Under the pieces are notes generated by a model, which was not told the DNA's origin, ran no database searches, and saw only the letters and a list, made by a program, of their open reading frames with translations. DNA of 64,000 bases, taken from Eledone cirrhosa (lineage: Eukaryota). Below, in pieces: positions 31,029 through 46,397 of this stretch; the first letter of the stretch is position 1, and every line of letters starts with the position of its first letter. The stretch is from NCBI GenBank assembly GCA_964016885.1, contig OZ024757.1, positions 7,998,001 through 8,062,000 on the forward strand. The letters run 5' to 3'. Both the position numbers and the translations under genes were made by a program.

Positions 31029-31854
31029 TATTCATTGATGTCCTCTCTTTAATCCTTTTTGCTGCTGATTCAATCATATATATCGTCTTGCAGACTAAAT
31101 AGAGGGTATTGTAGTGACCTTCATTCAGAGGGCTCATGGATACATTCTCTGTGCGTTGTTTGGATCAGTTCAACCAATTGCTACCAGCGTAGGAAAATGT
31201 ATCTCAACCCAGCTCAGAAGGAAAAATTCCCGCAGAGATTCGAAACTCTCTCTCTTGCAGCTCGACACCTTGAAGGTAAACATCTCTTGCTTTCGTTCCT
31301 CAAGCATAGACAATATGTAGCAACAGATATCACTACAGGTCTGGCTAACGCCTCAGCCAGTTGACCGTACGTCTTTAAATCTTTATAACCTTTTTATCGA
31401 TAACATTAACTATCCTCTGAAGAGACATTATTATAACCTTTGTAATCTGTAAATAAATTATATATAAACAATTATAAAGTCGTACGATGCTATTTTCCAC
31501 AACATTGCTTTTAACATCTTCAATGGTGACTTCCGTCATACAATACACAAATACACACATTCTCAACACAAACATCTACTAAACGTAAGAGTTTAAATAA
31601 AGAAAAGTCTATAATGGATAATTTCACTGCTATTTCTAGCAGTTACAGATACTACGTAGATATATAATTGATATTTTACTGAGTGATACCTTTTCATTTA
31701 CTATCGATTAAATACGATTGGAACTTTTTGGATGTATTAAATTATATCAGGGACTTTCAACTAATGACACCGGTAAGGGAGTTAATTCATTTCCAACGAC
31801 ATCAAGTACCTGCTGTCTTAATCTAATTATATCTTGTGTAACAATTATATATAT

Positions 31855-31952
31855 CGAGGTTGACTTTGCCTTTCATCCTTACGGGGTCGATAAAATAAAG
31901 TACCAGTAATGCACTGGATAATTGCTGGCCTTGTGCCAAAAGAAGAAACAAT
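31855..31952 (+). mobile_element. Second SINE family, truncated (related copy about 45370-45458 on the minus strand)
   Basis: gaggttgactttgcctttcatcc..ggggtcgataaaataaagtaccag. Inserted into (TA)n and absent at the paralogous sites near 12550 and 46180. Confidence 0.7.
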
Positions 31953-32182
31953 TATATATATACACACACACAATTTTAATTCCCCGACATCAGTCTTACA
32001 CTGTCATATCTATTCTTACTTTACAATTGTATCTACTAAGAGTTCCATTACAATCTGTAGTAGTAAAACTACTATTTCACCAGAACATCTGCTATCAGTC
32101 ATTTATAGACAATATATATATTTTAGACCACATATCAACCTAATAAATATATATGTCCTATCAAATCTGTAGCTAAAGTCAT

Positions 32183-32376
32183 AAAGTCAGCCTCACTACT
32201 TCATTCTGACAAGATATCAATTTATGACTAAAGATGAAGAAGATACACCAACGTTAATGTCGTGAAATAAAGCTGATAACATTGAAACTTCTAATTTGAT
32301 AACAACGAGATTATTTCTTTGGTTGTTTAGTAACAACTAACAACACAACACATTGATTATATGGAAGGAGGTAAGT
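32183..32376 (+). promoter_or_regulatory. Candidate first exon and donor (GT at 32371) for the rearranged locus C
   Basis: Paralog of 12796-12989 with GAG|GTAAGT intact. Confidence 0.5.
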
Positions 32377-32505
32377 TGACAAAGATTTACTTAATGTCTA
32401 TATTAATGTGTGTAAATAATATAATTATGTGACCCCTACAACGGTCCAGTAATTAACCAGATTCCATTGTTACATGTGATATAAAATATATTGTTATCAT
32501 GACTG

Positions 32506-33170
32506 TCTTTATTATTTAAATTACCTCCGTCTATTTAATTATGTGGTTCACTACCTTACATTATAAAATATAGTTTATATTTAGCTGTACCTTGTTATTG
32601 CTTTAAGTAAGTTAAAGATATCTTTATTATTTAAATTACCTCCGTCTATTTAATTATGTGGTTCACTACCTTACATTATAAAATATAGTTTATATTTAGC
32701 TGTACCTTGTTATTGCTTTAAGTAAGTTAAAGATATCTTTATTATTTAAATTACCTCCGTCTATTTAATTATGTGGTTCACTACCTTACATTATAAAATA
32801 TAGTTTATATTTAGCTGTACCTTGTTATTGCTTTAAGTAAGTTAAAGATATCTTTATTATTTAAATTACCTCCGTCTATTTAATTATGTGGTTCACTACC
32901 TTACATTATAAAATATAGTTTATATTTAGCTGTACCTTGTTATTGCTTTAAGTAAGTTAAAGATATCTTTATTATTTAAATTACCTCCGTCTATTTAATT
33001 ATGTGGTTCACTACCTTACATTATAAAATATAGTTTATATTTAGCTGTACCTTGTTATTGCTTTAAGTAAATTAAAGATATATTTATTATTTAAATTACC
33101 TCCGTCTATTTAATTATGTGGTTCACTACCTTACATTATAAAATATAGTTTATATTTAGCTGTACCTTGT
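32506..33170. repeat. 115-bp tandem repeat, about 6 near-identical units
   Basis: Unit starts at 32506, 32621, 32736, 32851, 32966 and 33081. Confidence 0.92.
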
Positions 33171-33865
33171 TGTTGTTTCAGGGAAGTTTTGTTCGTTTTA
33201 GTCTAAATCAGTTTTGATTTAATTTACTTCGCTACATCATCATCATAGTTTTACGTCCATTTTTCAGTCCTGGCATGGGTTGGATGGGTCCTTTTAAGCA
33301 CACCATCTCCCTACTCACCTGTTCCTTCGTTATCTCCTCTGTGAAGTCTAATTTCTTCCTCAATTTATCCCAGCTCTGACTTCCTCTCACATTTACGTTG
33401 CACACCCAACGAAGCATGGTTGCTCCATTTCTCTCCACCTAGATAGCAGAAGCTATCATTGTGTACAGTTTATGACTACTCCTTTCCTACATATGCAGTA
33501 GGGTCACTTATTCTCTAGTTCTTTTATGGAGTCAGCTATAAGGACCAGATCATTCACATTGGCTGTTCATGGGAAACAGTCTGTCTTAAACCCATTGGTT
33601 ATGGCCTGGAGAACTATGATGAACAGCAGTGGGTTGTGAACTGAACCATGATGAACACCTACCTGTACATTGAATTCTTCATTAAACTCCCTTCCTACTC
33701 TCACTTTACTGACAGCTCCTCTGTACATGACTTGCACTGCTCTCACAAGCCATTCTTCACCTAAATTTCTGAAGGACCAGCAGATAACAGAGTAAGGTAC
33801 TCTGTCAAAGGCCTTTTCTAGATCTACAAAAGCTAAATAAAGCAACTTAATCTTGGCTAGGAACT

Positions 33866-34620
33866 TGGGAAGCAGAGGATAGAAAGATCAAGCATTTTCT
33901 ACAACAAGAGGACCAAAAACGTGAGGTGCTCAGGATTGCTAGGCAATGTGTCAAGTAAAATTGTGATATTGTCGGAGAGAAGTGAGTCCGTAATGATAAT
34001 GGTGTACTTGCCCTCACTTATACTGATAAGAAGATAGCTTGGAAGTGTCACTACGAGAGGCTACTAAATGAGAACAATAACTGAGAAAAAGATGTCTGCC
34101 CCAAATCGATCCAATAGAAGGACCAGCAGTGCAAGTTAAAGGTAGTATATTAAGTAAGGCAATCAAAGATATGAAGGCAGCTGGGCCTTCGGAGATAGTT
34201 GCTGAGATGTTGAAGGCATCTGGAAAGGTGGGACACACTATGGTCACCCAGATAGTAAACCAAGTAATACAGAATGGGGTCATACCAAAGGACTGGTGTA
34301 GCAGTCATTAACTGTAAAGGGGATGCTCTAGATAGGGAAAACTATAGAGGCATTAAGTTAGTTGACCAGGTCATCAAGGTCACAGAGAGCGAATTGATCT
34401 AGATGAAATGCAGTTTGAGTTTGTGTCGGGTAAAAGTACCACAGACGCTCTTTTCCTTGTACGACAACTACAGGAGAAGTACCTAGCTAAAAGTAAACCC
34501 CTCTACTTAGCTTTTGTAGACCTGGAGAAAGCCTTTGACAGAGACCCCCACTCCATTATCTGGTGGGCACTTAGAAAACTAGGTGTATAATGAATGGCTT
34601 ATGAGAGCTATACAAGTCAT
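33866..34620 (+). mobile_element. RTE middle fragment
   Basis: AAGPSEIVAEMLKASG and AFVDLEKAFDR. Confidence 0.85.
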
Positions 34621-34722
34621 GTATATATGTATATATATACAAATGTATATGTATATATATATATGTATATATATGTATATATATATATATATATGTACGT
34701 ATATATGTATATATATGTATGT

Positions 34723-35920
34723 ATCATCATCTTCATTTAACATCCATTTTCCACTCTAGCATGGGTTAGACGGGAGTTGTCCCACTCTGGCAGGTTTTCT
34801 ACGGCTGGATGCCCTTCCTAACACCAACCACATTTACAGTTTGGAACTGGGAACTTTTTACCGTGTTACCTACACGGCCACATTACAGCGTGGACTGTGT
34901 GTTTTTTTAGGATACCTACACGATGTCGATCTCATTTATCTCATTTATTTGGACTGGATGTTGTTTATATAGAGAGAGGTTGGTGGGAGTGGGAGGATAG
35001 GGTAGGGGTAGTGGATTGGGGTGTATATTTGGTTAAGAGGTGCCTACTGATTGTAGGTTTCCCTTTGTACATAGGGAAGGTGGGTCTTCTGTATTACTGC
35101 GTAGCGCCAAAGACCTCGGTCCAGTGACATTGTCTTAGAGAGATGTAAGTGTGTAATGTCGGAATTTATCAGATCGTCCCAGGTTTTTCTGGGTCTACCT
35201 ACTCCGTAATTACCATCAATTTTGATCGCCCTGCACTTTTTTATGCAGCTCTCGTCTTACATGCGCATCCCGTGGCCATACCAACGTAGTCTTCTCTCGA
35301 GTAAACAGCATCTGATCCCTCTTATTCCTAATTTCTCACTTAGTTCATTTATGCTTTGCCGTTCACGTATATTACTATTACACATCCAACAGAGCATGCA
35401 TGCTTCGTTCCTTTCCAGTCTATGCAAGTCCTCTTCACACAATGCCCATGTCTCACTGCCATGTAGCATTGCTGGTCATATACAAGCATCATACAATCTG
35501 CCTTTCAATTTTAGAGAGAAACTTTTAGCGGCCAACAGTGGTATAAGCTCTCTGAACTTTTTCCATCCCGTTCTGACTCTGGCCACTGTACTTTCAGAGC
35601 ACCCTCCACCACTGCTGATTTCGTCACCCAGGTAACGGAAAGAGTCTACTATTTCTATAGAACCATCTGGGCAATAGAAGGAGCTAGTATCCTGTGGACA
35701 CTTGCTACTTATTGCACCTGAGCATCGGCCACATATAAAGTCTACGTTCTTAGATAGTTTACCTGTGATCCCACTACATCTTTTATGTACCCATACTTTG
35801 CATTTGGGACATAAAATGGAATTTCTGCCTACTCCTTTCCTACACACTGAGCATGGCCATTTCCCTGAGGGTACCTGTGCCTTATTTTCCTTTGTACAAA
35901 CTAGGACTTTAGTCTTAGAC
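34723..35920 (-). mobile_element. RTE 3' half (PHD-like finger to tail), bounded by (TA)n on both sides
   Basis: ORFs 35476..35922 and 35257..35469. Confidence 0.9.
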
Positions 35921-35927
35921 ATATATG

Positions 35928-35958
<31 letters not shown>

Positions 35959-35971
35959 GTATATATATATG

Positions 35972-37308
35972 TGGATCAGGTTATGAAAGGGTTAAACTAG
36001 ATGAGATGCAGTTTGGTTTTGTGCCTGGGAAAAAGTACAACAGATGCCCTCTTCTTGGTGAGACAATTACAAGAGAGGTTCTTAGAGATGAATAAGCCAC
36101 TATACTCTATACTGAGCCTTTGTTGACTTAGAGAAGGCCTTTGATAGGGCACCCCGATCTGTCATGGTGGTCCCTAAGGAAACTAGGTGTTGAGGAATGG
36201 CTTGTGAGGACAGTGCAAACTTTGTACAGAGGTGCTGTCAGTAAAGTCAGGGTAGGAATGGAGTTTAGTGAGGAATTCAAGATACAAGTAGGAGTACATC
36301 AAGGTTCGGTCCTCAGCCTGCTCTTGTTCATTATAGTCCTCCAAGCCATAGCAGAGGAGTTTAAGACTGGCTGTCCATGGGAACTTCTCTATACTGATGA
36401 TCTGGTTCTCATAGCAGAATCAGTCGAGGAGCTAGACAATAAATTCTGGCTATGGAAACATCAGTTGGAAGCCAGAGGACTGAAAGTGAACCTAGCTAAG
36501 ACAAAAGTGTTGATGAGTAGAAAGAGGACAAAACCCTGATTCCGTCAGGGAAATGGCCATGTTCGATATGCAGAAAAGGAACTGGCATAAATTCTATAAA
36601 ATGCACACAATGCAGATCCTGGGTACACAAGAGATGTAGCTGGATAGCAGGCAAACTAACAGGTAGGGAGAAATACGTATGCATTAGATGTACAGGGAAA
36701 TTAGACAGAAGTCACAGTGATAGACACATTTTACAAATGCAGGAGGGTGCTATAGAAGTGGTGGATAGCTTCCGGTACCTAGGAGATCTGATTAGCATGG
36801 GAGGAGGGTGTTCCGAGGCCATAGTATCTAGAATAAGGCTGGGTTGGAAGAAGTTTAGGGAGCTGCTGTCGAAGAGGGGTTTCTCCCTGCGTACGAAAGG
36901 CCAGTTATATGATGCCGGTGTGAAGAGCGCGATGCTGCATGGTAGTGAGACATGGGCAGCAACTGCAGAGGATATGCAACGGCTGGAGAGAAATGAGGCA
37001 AGCATGCTCCGTTGGATCTGCAGTGTGAACGACCCAGCATAGATGTGTTGAGAGAGATAGAATGTAGTGTACGGGAGAGGAGACTGAGGTGGTATGGACA
37101 TGTCATGCGCATGGAGGAAGACTGATGGGTGAAGAAGTGCCAGGAAATGCCAGTTGAAGGAAGACGTATTAGAGGTAGACCACGAAAAACATGGGCGGAG
37201 GTGGTGAGAACAGACCTCAGATTGCTGAAACTCATGGTGGAGATGACGAAGGACTCTGACAAGTGGAAAGATGCTGTGCTGAATAAAACCCGTCCCACCC
37301 TTGCAAGC
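35972..37308 (+). mobile_element. RTE 3' half, inverted relative to its own 5' half
   Basis: RT, PHD and GRPRKTW motifs. Starts with tggatcag, the sequence at which the adjacent minus-strand half ends. Confidence 0.88.
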
Positions 37309-38560
37309 TGATCCATCAGTTTTATACCCCTATAATTGTTCCTCTCCAGAGCATCCCTTTTACCTTTGTAGCAATTTATGTGAATACTGCTGCACAAGTC
37401 TTTGCATATGACACCACCATATATAGCCTGATTGATGATGCGTGCAACCAGTTTAGTGCCTACATCCCCTGATGCCTTCAGCATCTCATCAACTATCCTC
37501 GATGGTCCAGAAGCCTTACCATTTTTCATTTCCTTAGTAGCCTCTTGTATCCTATATTCGTCAATCTCAATAGCTGGTCCCTCTGTTGGATCTACTGAGG
37601 GTAATTTCTCTCTCTCCCATTCGTGCTCCACATTCATCAGTCTCTCATAATGACATTTCCAGGCCTCCTTTTTCTGATCATTCATGACACTAAGTACACC
37701 GGCATCATTCCGGACACATTTATCTCCAACAACATCCTGATTTGCATTGACACACTGCCTTGCAATATGGGACACCGCACGCCTCTGATCTTCCCATCGA
37801 AGAACATTGGCAAACCTCCTACTCTCAGCCTCCCTGCGTGCTAAGTACACCTGACGTCTAGCTTCTCTCTTAGTGGCTGTATATCCTTCTCTTCTCCCAC
37901 CCTTTTTCCAAGCTTTCCATGATAGTCTTTTTTCTCTAATGGCCTTATCTACTGTGCTGTTCCACCACCTGGTCACTCTCTGTCTGGTTGGAGCTCTGCT
38001 CCAGCCACAAGTTTCATCAGTAAGAAATTCCAGTTATTATCTATGTCATACATCTCTAAATTGTCTTCTTTTTCGTCATACACATCTTGAAGGGCTTTCC
38101 TAAATTTGTATTTTAGTGAAAGCTCTTTTAGCTTCCAGACCTTTCTTTTACACACCTACCTTCCTGTATGTCTCATTCCATCTCTTGCTTACTGAGATAT
38201 CACTAACGACTAACCTATGCTGTGGGGTACATTCTTCCCCAGGGTATGCCTTGGTATTAGACACTATCTGCCTGTCCCACTGCCTAACTAGTAAGAAGTC
38301 AATCTGGCTTATGTGCTCGCCTGATTTGTAGGTTATTAGGTGATTGGCAGGTTTCTGGAAGTTTGTGTTGCAAACAGTTAGTGTACTTGCATCACAAAAT
38401 TCAAGAAGTCTCACTCCTTCTTCATTTCTTGAGCTGTAACCGTGCCCACCATGTACCCCAATGTAATCATCCTGGAGCTGTCCAACATGACCATTGAAGT
38501 CCCCTGCTAGCATAATGATGTCTCCGTCCTCTGTCATTGCGGTTGTTTGTAAAAGTTGCA
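37309..38560 (-). mobile_element. RTE 5' half (endonuclease C-terminal part to RT start)
   Basis: AGDFNGHVG, QIDFLL, WWN and NYRGIKLMDQ. Confidence 0.9.
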
Positions 38561-39320
38561 TATATATATATATATGTATATATATATATGTGTGTATATG
38601 TATGTATGTGTGTGTATATATATTTATATATATGTATATATATATGTGTGTGTGTGTGTATACATATTTATATATGTACATGTTAAACCTGTATGGACAT
38701 GTCACCAGGAGAGAAGATGATAGCTACGTTAGAAAGTCCCATCAGAATGAATTTTTCACTAAACTGCCGTAGAGCAGACCTCTCTAGAGATAGAAGGATA
38801 TAATTTACAGAGCATGCTTGAATACCACTGCTTACATTGGAGAGAATTGCTCTGGAAAGGAAAGTTGACATCTATAGTTTATCAATATAGAAATATAAAA
38901 TTTCCACTGTTCAATCTATCTCTGCTTCTAAAGTATTCTGTATTATCTCATACTGTTTCTTTTTCATTTCAGAATACCGGATTACATTGGCATAAATTAT
39001 TATTTTCAATCTTGGATACATCACCTCTATTTATCATCATTTGAAGACTAAAATATTTTAAACAGAACTTATATAACACTGTTTATATAAATCTATACTT
39101 CAATTACTGTGAAATATTTCCTCAGAACTGAGTTTATTTTCTTCACTATGAGATGGTTTTGTATTTTAACTAAATTTGGGTGAAACATAAGTTTGTATTA
39201 TCTTCAGATATTAACTGAAATCACAGTTGAGGGAAATATAGAAGATATATTTTTTAGGAATATAATATAAGAAATATTACAAGTAAATCAATTGTATATT
39301 CTGTTGAAGAAAATATCATT

Positions 39321-39460
39321 ATGCCAAATAAATTGAGTGAGAAGATTAAATGTGAAACACAATCTAAAGTGTTTAGTATTCCTGGTGAGAAGCCATATCA
39401 CTATCTGTGGTAAACCATTCTCTGATAGTAGTGCCTTGACTAGACACAAACGTATACATT
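39321..39460 (+). pseudogene. Truncated ZNF stub (leader plus one broken finger) of locus C
   Basis: atgccaaataaattgagtgagaag.. is paralogous to the MENKLSEK leader. The upstream region 38700-39320 matches the other copies. Confidence 0.8.
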
Positions 39461-39775
39461 TTAAGGATCGTGACAAGTGAAGAGATGCTTTGCTGAATAG
39501 GACCCATTCCACCCTTGCAAGCAGAAAAAGCGGACGTAAAATGATGATGATGATGATATGGTTTCCCTCATCTATGCCTATATTTAGTTAAATTGCTCCA
39601 TTAAAACATATATTTTCCAAACATATCAAAGTGATATGGCTTCCCACCTGTATATGTTTGTGTGAAGTTAATGTAGCATTGAAAGAGAATGATTTACCAT
39701 AGATATTACACTGATATATATTTGTATTCTCATTAATTCACAATATTGAGAGGATTTATCACTGATGTCAATGCA

Positions 39776-40544
<769 letters not shown>

Positions 40545-40910
40545 AATAATTTTATCTCCAACAGAATATACTTGTAATATTTTTTATATTATATTCCTAA
40601 AAAATATATCTTCTATATTTCCCTCAACTGTGATTTCAGTTAATAGTCTTCAAATGATGATAAATAGAGGTGATGTATCCGAGATTGAAAATAATAATTT
40701 ATCCGAATGTGATCTGGTATTCTGAAATAAGAAAGAAACAGTATGAGATAATAGAGAATACTTAAGAAGCAGAGATAGATTTAACAGTGGAAATTTTATA
40801 TTTCTATATTGGTAAACTGTAGATATCAACTTTCCTGTCCAGAGTAATTCTCTCCAATGCAAACAGTTGTATTCCAGCATGCTCTATAAATGTTATCCTT
40901 CTATCTCTAG

Positions 40911-41253
<343 letters not shown>

Positions 41254-41470
41254 TGCATTGACATAGTGATAAATCCTCTCAAAATTGTGAATTAATGAGA
41301 ATACAAATATATATCAGTGTAATATCTGTGGTAAATCTTTCTCTTTCAATGCTACATTAACTTCACACAAACATATACAGGTGGGAAGCCATATCACTTT
41401 GATTTGTTTGGAAAATATATCTTTTCATGCAGCAATTTAACTAAATATATGCTTAGATGAGGGAAAACAT

Positions 41471-41505
<35 letters not shown>

Positions 41506-43324
41506 TTTACGTCCGCTTTTCCTTGCTTGCAGGGGTGGGATGGGTCCTATTCAGCAAAGCATCTCTCCACTTGTCACGGTCCTTTATCATCTACACCGTC
41601 AGCTTCAGAGGTCTGCCCTTACCACCTCAGCCCATGTAAATCATTTTCTAATTTTGGTTTCACTAAACACTAACATACAGGAGAGGAACCATATCACTGT
41701 GATGTCTGTGGTAAATCCTTCTCTTAATGTTGTGGCTTCACTAGACACTAACATATACAGAAGAGGAACTATATCACTGTGATGTCTGTGGTAAATACTT
41801 CTCTAAATGTTTTCCTTTCACTAGTCACTAACATACAGGAGAGGAACCATATCACCGTGATAAATCCTTCTCTAAATGTTGTGGCTTCCCTACACACTAA
41901 CATACAGGAAAGGAACCATATCACTGTGGTGTCTGTGATAAATAATTCTCTTGTAACGGTTACTTGATGCAACACAAACACAATCAGACAAGATAAAAAC
42001 CATGTCACTCACCTAAAATAGTGCCACCAATGTTGTTAATATTTTGAATAAAACTGTTTTACTAAGAAATTATTCTCCTTTCATTTTATTTGTAGAAGTT
42101 GTAACCAAGACTTGTGCTGACAAAACTGTATTGTTCAGAATTTACATATGCTATATATATGTGAATGTATGTGTGTAGAAATTTGTGTCCGTGTATATGT
42201 TCGTATCTGTGTTTGTATATAAGTATGTGCATATCTGTATTAGATTTATTTATTATGTATGTGTGTATATGTATGTCATCTTCATCAACATCATCACTGT
42301 TTTTATGTCCGTTTTTCCATGCTTCCTTGGGTTGGACAGGTCCTTCTCAACATGGCATCTTTCAACTTGTCGTGTTCCTTTGTCATCTCCTCTGTAAGAG
42401 TCAGTTATTTGAAGTCAGTTCACACAGCCTCTGTCCAGGTCTTTCTTGGTCTACCTCTACTATGGCTTCCTTCTACTGGGATTTCCTGGCACTTCATCAC
42501 CCAGTGGTCATTATCCATGTGCATCCCATGTCTGTACAAACACAGTCTTCTCTCTTACACACCACTTCAGATCACTCTTAAACCCAGCTTCTTCTTGAAC
42601 ACGTCCAAGCTCTGCCTTTCTCTTACACTTCCATAACATATCCTACAAAGCATGGTTGTTCCATTTCTCTCCAGTCTATATATCCTCTGCAGTCACAGCC
42701 CTTGTTTAGTTACCATGCATCATTGCACATCACCCACATGTGTCATACAGTTGTCCCTTTGTACAGAGAGAGAAACCTTTTGTGGTCAACTGTTGCAGTA
42801 GTTCTCTAAACTTTTTCCATCCTTTCCTTATTCTAGCTATTCATCTTTCAGAGCAGCCTCGTCCACTGCTAATTAAGTCACCTAGATTTCAAAAGCTATC
42901 AACCACTTCTATGTGTATCTAATTACATATTTAATTAAGCCTGACAATTACACTGCTAAAGATTTACCTCCCTTTTTGACAATATGAAACTCTCCTTTGT
43001 TTGGGGTGAAAATTGTTGGAGGAAAGAACTTCCTTTTAATATTTGTCAGCATGCTTAATGAAGGGTCTGTTTGGAAATGCCCCCCCTCCCCCCCATTAAA
43101 CAGTGGTGGCCATAAATGGAATAGGAAACCAATGGTCACACATACATGTTGTGTATGAAACATTATTTACTCTAAACAGACTATGGGTACACCAGAGATT
43201 TAGTAGGAGATAAAGTAAGGTAGGTAAGAAAGTATGTTTTATGTGGGGGTCATTGTACTGGAACAGTAAAAAGCAATCGCTTTTAGGAGACAAGCTCTAT
43301 CAAATATTTAAAGGATTCCATAGA

Positions 43325-44590
43325 AGTAGCTGGTTGACAGTTTCTGTTACCTGGGTGACCAAATTAACAGTGGAGGTAGGTGTTCTGAAAGTACAGTAAC
43401 AAGAGTAAGAACAAGATGGCAGATGTTTATGGTGTTATTACTGCTACTAGCTACACAAGGTTGTTTCATCAATTTGATGTGTGTATATGAACAGCAATGC
43501 TGCATTGCAGTGATGACCTCAAGATTGGATAGAAATGAAGCTTGAATCTCCGATGAATGTGTAATATTAATATACATGAAGAACAAATAAACTAAGAGAG
43601 AACCTGGGCATGAGAGGGATAAGATACAGTATGCAGGAGAGGAGATTGCTGTGGTATGGACATGTGATGTGTATGAAGGTAGAGATGCTGTATAAAAGGT
43701 TGACTGCTTGAAAATTGATGGTAGAGGAAGACCTAGGAAAGCTTGGGATGAGGAGGTAAAAACTGACCTGATACCATTGTACCTCTCAAAGGTGATGACA
43801 CAGGATTGAAATCTCTGGCGTTATACAGTATTGCAGGAGACCTGCATTCCCATGTCCACAGGTTGACACAAAATTTAGTGGTTTGAAGTATGCTCTAATT
43901 TTCCTCCTCCCCACATCTTAACACTCCACCCCCTTACCAGCTAAGTACTCCACCCTGACCTACCTCTCCAATCTTCACCCTACATACACACAGCCCCACC
44001 CCCACTTTCACATCTGATACACCTTTCTTGACCAACCCATGTATACAATTATGGAAAGCTTAACATGCTCTCCCCCAATGCTGCTTAAATGGCTAAAAGC
44101 ACTCAGGCAACCCTGTAAGGTGGTCATGCAAGTGTCATGACAAAAGAACACAGAGTCCTCTCTGTTAGGTAATATGACAAAAGAGCACCTAACCCTCCCT
44201 GCAAGTTAGTCATGCTGGTGACATGACAAATAAGCACCCAGTTCACCCAGTGATGTAGACATGACAGGAGGCCTCTAGCCCACCCTGTAAAGTGGTCATG
44301 CTAGTGACAAGACTGAAGGGACCCGAACCACCCTTCAAATTGGTGACATGACAAAGAGCAGCAAAAAGCACCCAGTCCACCCTGTAGGTTGGTCATGTTA
44401 GCAACACAACAATAAATACCAAGTCCACCCTGTAAATGTGGTTGGAGTTAGGAAGGGCATCCAGCCATACAATCCAACCAGAAATGGTTCCTGCATGAAC
44501 AAGGCAGGGTTATTTGATCTAAGTTTTCACACAATAGGACAACTCGTCTGACCCATGCTAGCATGCATATTGGAGTTTAAATTGTGATGA
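43325..44590 (+). mobile_element. Old RTE 3' fragment with degenerate tandem subrepeats in its 3' UTR (about 44090-44440)
   Basis: tggtatggacatgtg, agaggaagacctaggaaa, and a gttaggaagggcatccagcc tail motif. Confidence 0.7.
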
Positions 44591-44929
44591 GGATAAATAC
44601 AATATATGAATATACACGTATGTATTATATTCTTTTACTCTTTTACGTGTTCCAGCTATCTGGCTGAGGCCATGCTGGGGCACCGCCCTTCAGATATATG
44701 TATATATATCATAGAATCAAGACGTATCTGAGGACCTTGAGATTTTCGGGTTCGATCATCACATCGATTGTACCCAAAGCTGGTCACTAGAGAAACGATT
44801 GTAATATGTCCACTAAATTCCACTCATCGCAACACTGATTCTCTCTTTTTCTGTGATATACTCTGCTCTAGGAGAGCATCGAGTGCTCAAACGGCCTACT
44901 GCATATGGACGCTTTAAGCATCCAAAACC

Positions 44930-44970
<41 letters not shown>

Positions 44971-45479
44971 TAACGGATTAAAGTTTAAGCAAAGAATCGC
45001 TGCTTTCCCCCTTAACGGGATCTTCTGAAACTAAAAAAAAAAATCAATCCATGACCGAAAAAGTAAATATTTCGAAAAACTTTGCAACCGAAGGAAAACA
45101 GGAAGACGATACTTTGGTTCGTGAAGACGTTTCCTGGCAATGAACGGAAAAAAGCGAATTTAATACGTCGTTATGTGGAGAGGTGACAACAATTACACGT
45201 AAAGACAAAACCACGTTTATGGTATAAATGGAGTCGTAGACTAATATACTATTTAGGAAACTGAATGATTCTCGGCTTCGGAGTTCAGAATAATGTAAAA
45301 AAATTAGTTGAACGAAAATTACAGAGGTTTTAAAATCATAAAACTAATAATTGTTTCTACTTTTTGGCCAGCAATAAACCAGTACATTACTGGTACTTTA
45401 TTTTATCGACCCTGTAAGGATGAAAGGCAAAGTTAACCTCGGTGGGATTTGAACTCACACCATGCATAAAAGTAATAAT

Positions 45480-45920
45480 AATTAAATATATACATACACA
45501 CATTTATACACGTGCATACGCGAAAACACACACCTTGCATGCATATACATGCATGTACACATAAACACACGCAGACGGACGTAAACCGGTGCGACACATA
45601 TACCCGCACACGTACGAACATATGCAACAAATACACACATAAATATATATGTGTGTGTATATACATATAATTATATATACATATATAAATATACACGCAT
45701 AAATGCGTATAGAACGCACACTCACACATACCTACAGGTAAATACACATGTTAACCAAACATACATATACCAAACCCTTATGTACACATATACACACCAT
45801 ACATACGCGTAAACACACATACACACCCATACATACACGTATAAACACATATATATACATACATACGTACATATATGTATGTATGTATATATATATATAG
45901 AGAGAGAGACAGAGAGAGCA
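45480..45920. repeat. Compound (CA)/(TA)/(GA) low-complexity microsatellite
   Basis: Seen directly. Confidence 0.85.
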
Positions 45921-46397
45921 GTTGTAATGGATAATATCGCTGTTATTTCTAGCAGTTAGAGAGACTACGTAGAGGTTCTCTTATTGATATATAATTGATA
46001 TTTTATTGATTTACAATTAATTAAATACGATTGGAACTGTGTCTGAAGGTATTAAATTATATCAGGGACTTTTAAATAATGACACCGTTAAGAGAGTTGA
46101 AACATTCTCAACGACACCGCGTACCTGCTGTCTTCATTATAACTTTAATTAATCAAATTATATCTTGTGTAACAATTATATATATATATATTAATTCCCC
46201 GACATCAGTCTTACACTGTCATATCTATTCTTACTTTACAATTGTGTCTACTAAGAGTTCCATTACAATCTGTAGTAGTAAAACTACTATTTCACCAGAA
46301 CATCTGCTATCAGTCATTTATAGACAATATATATATTTTAGACATATCAACCTAATATATATATATATTTCCTATCAAATCTGTAGCTAAAGACATA

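Noticed and set aside
36855-37976. 373-aa novel fusion protein
   Set aside because: It is an RTE frame reading across an inversion breakpoint into antisense RTE sequence.
45433-45747. Cys/Tyr/Ile-rich ORFs
   Set aside because: Translations of dinucleotide microsatellites.
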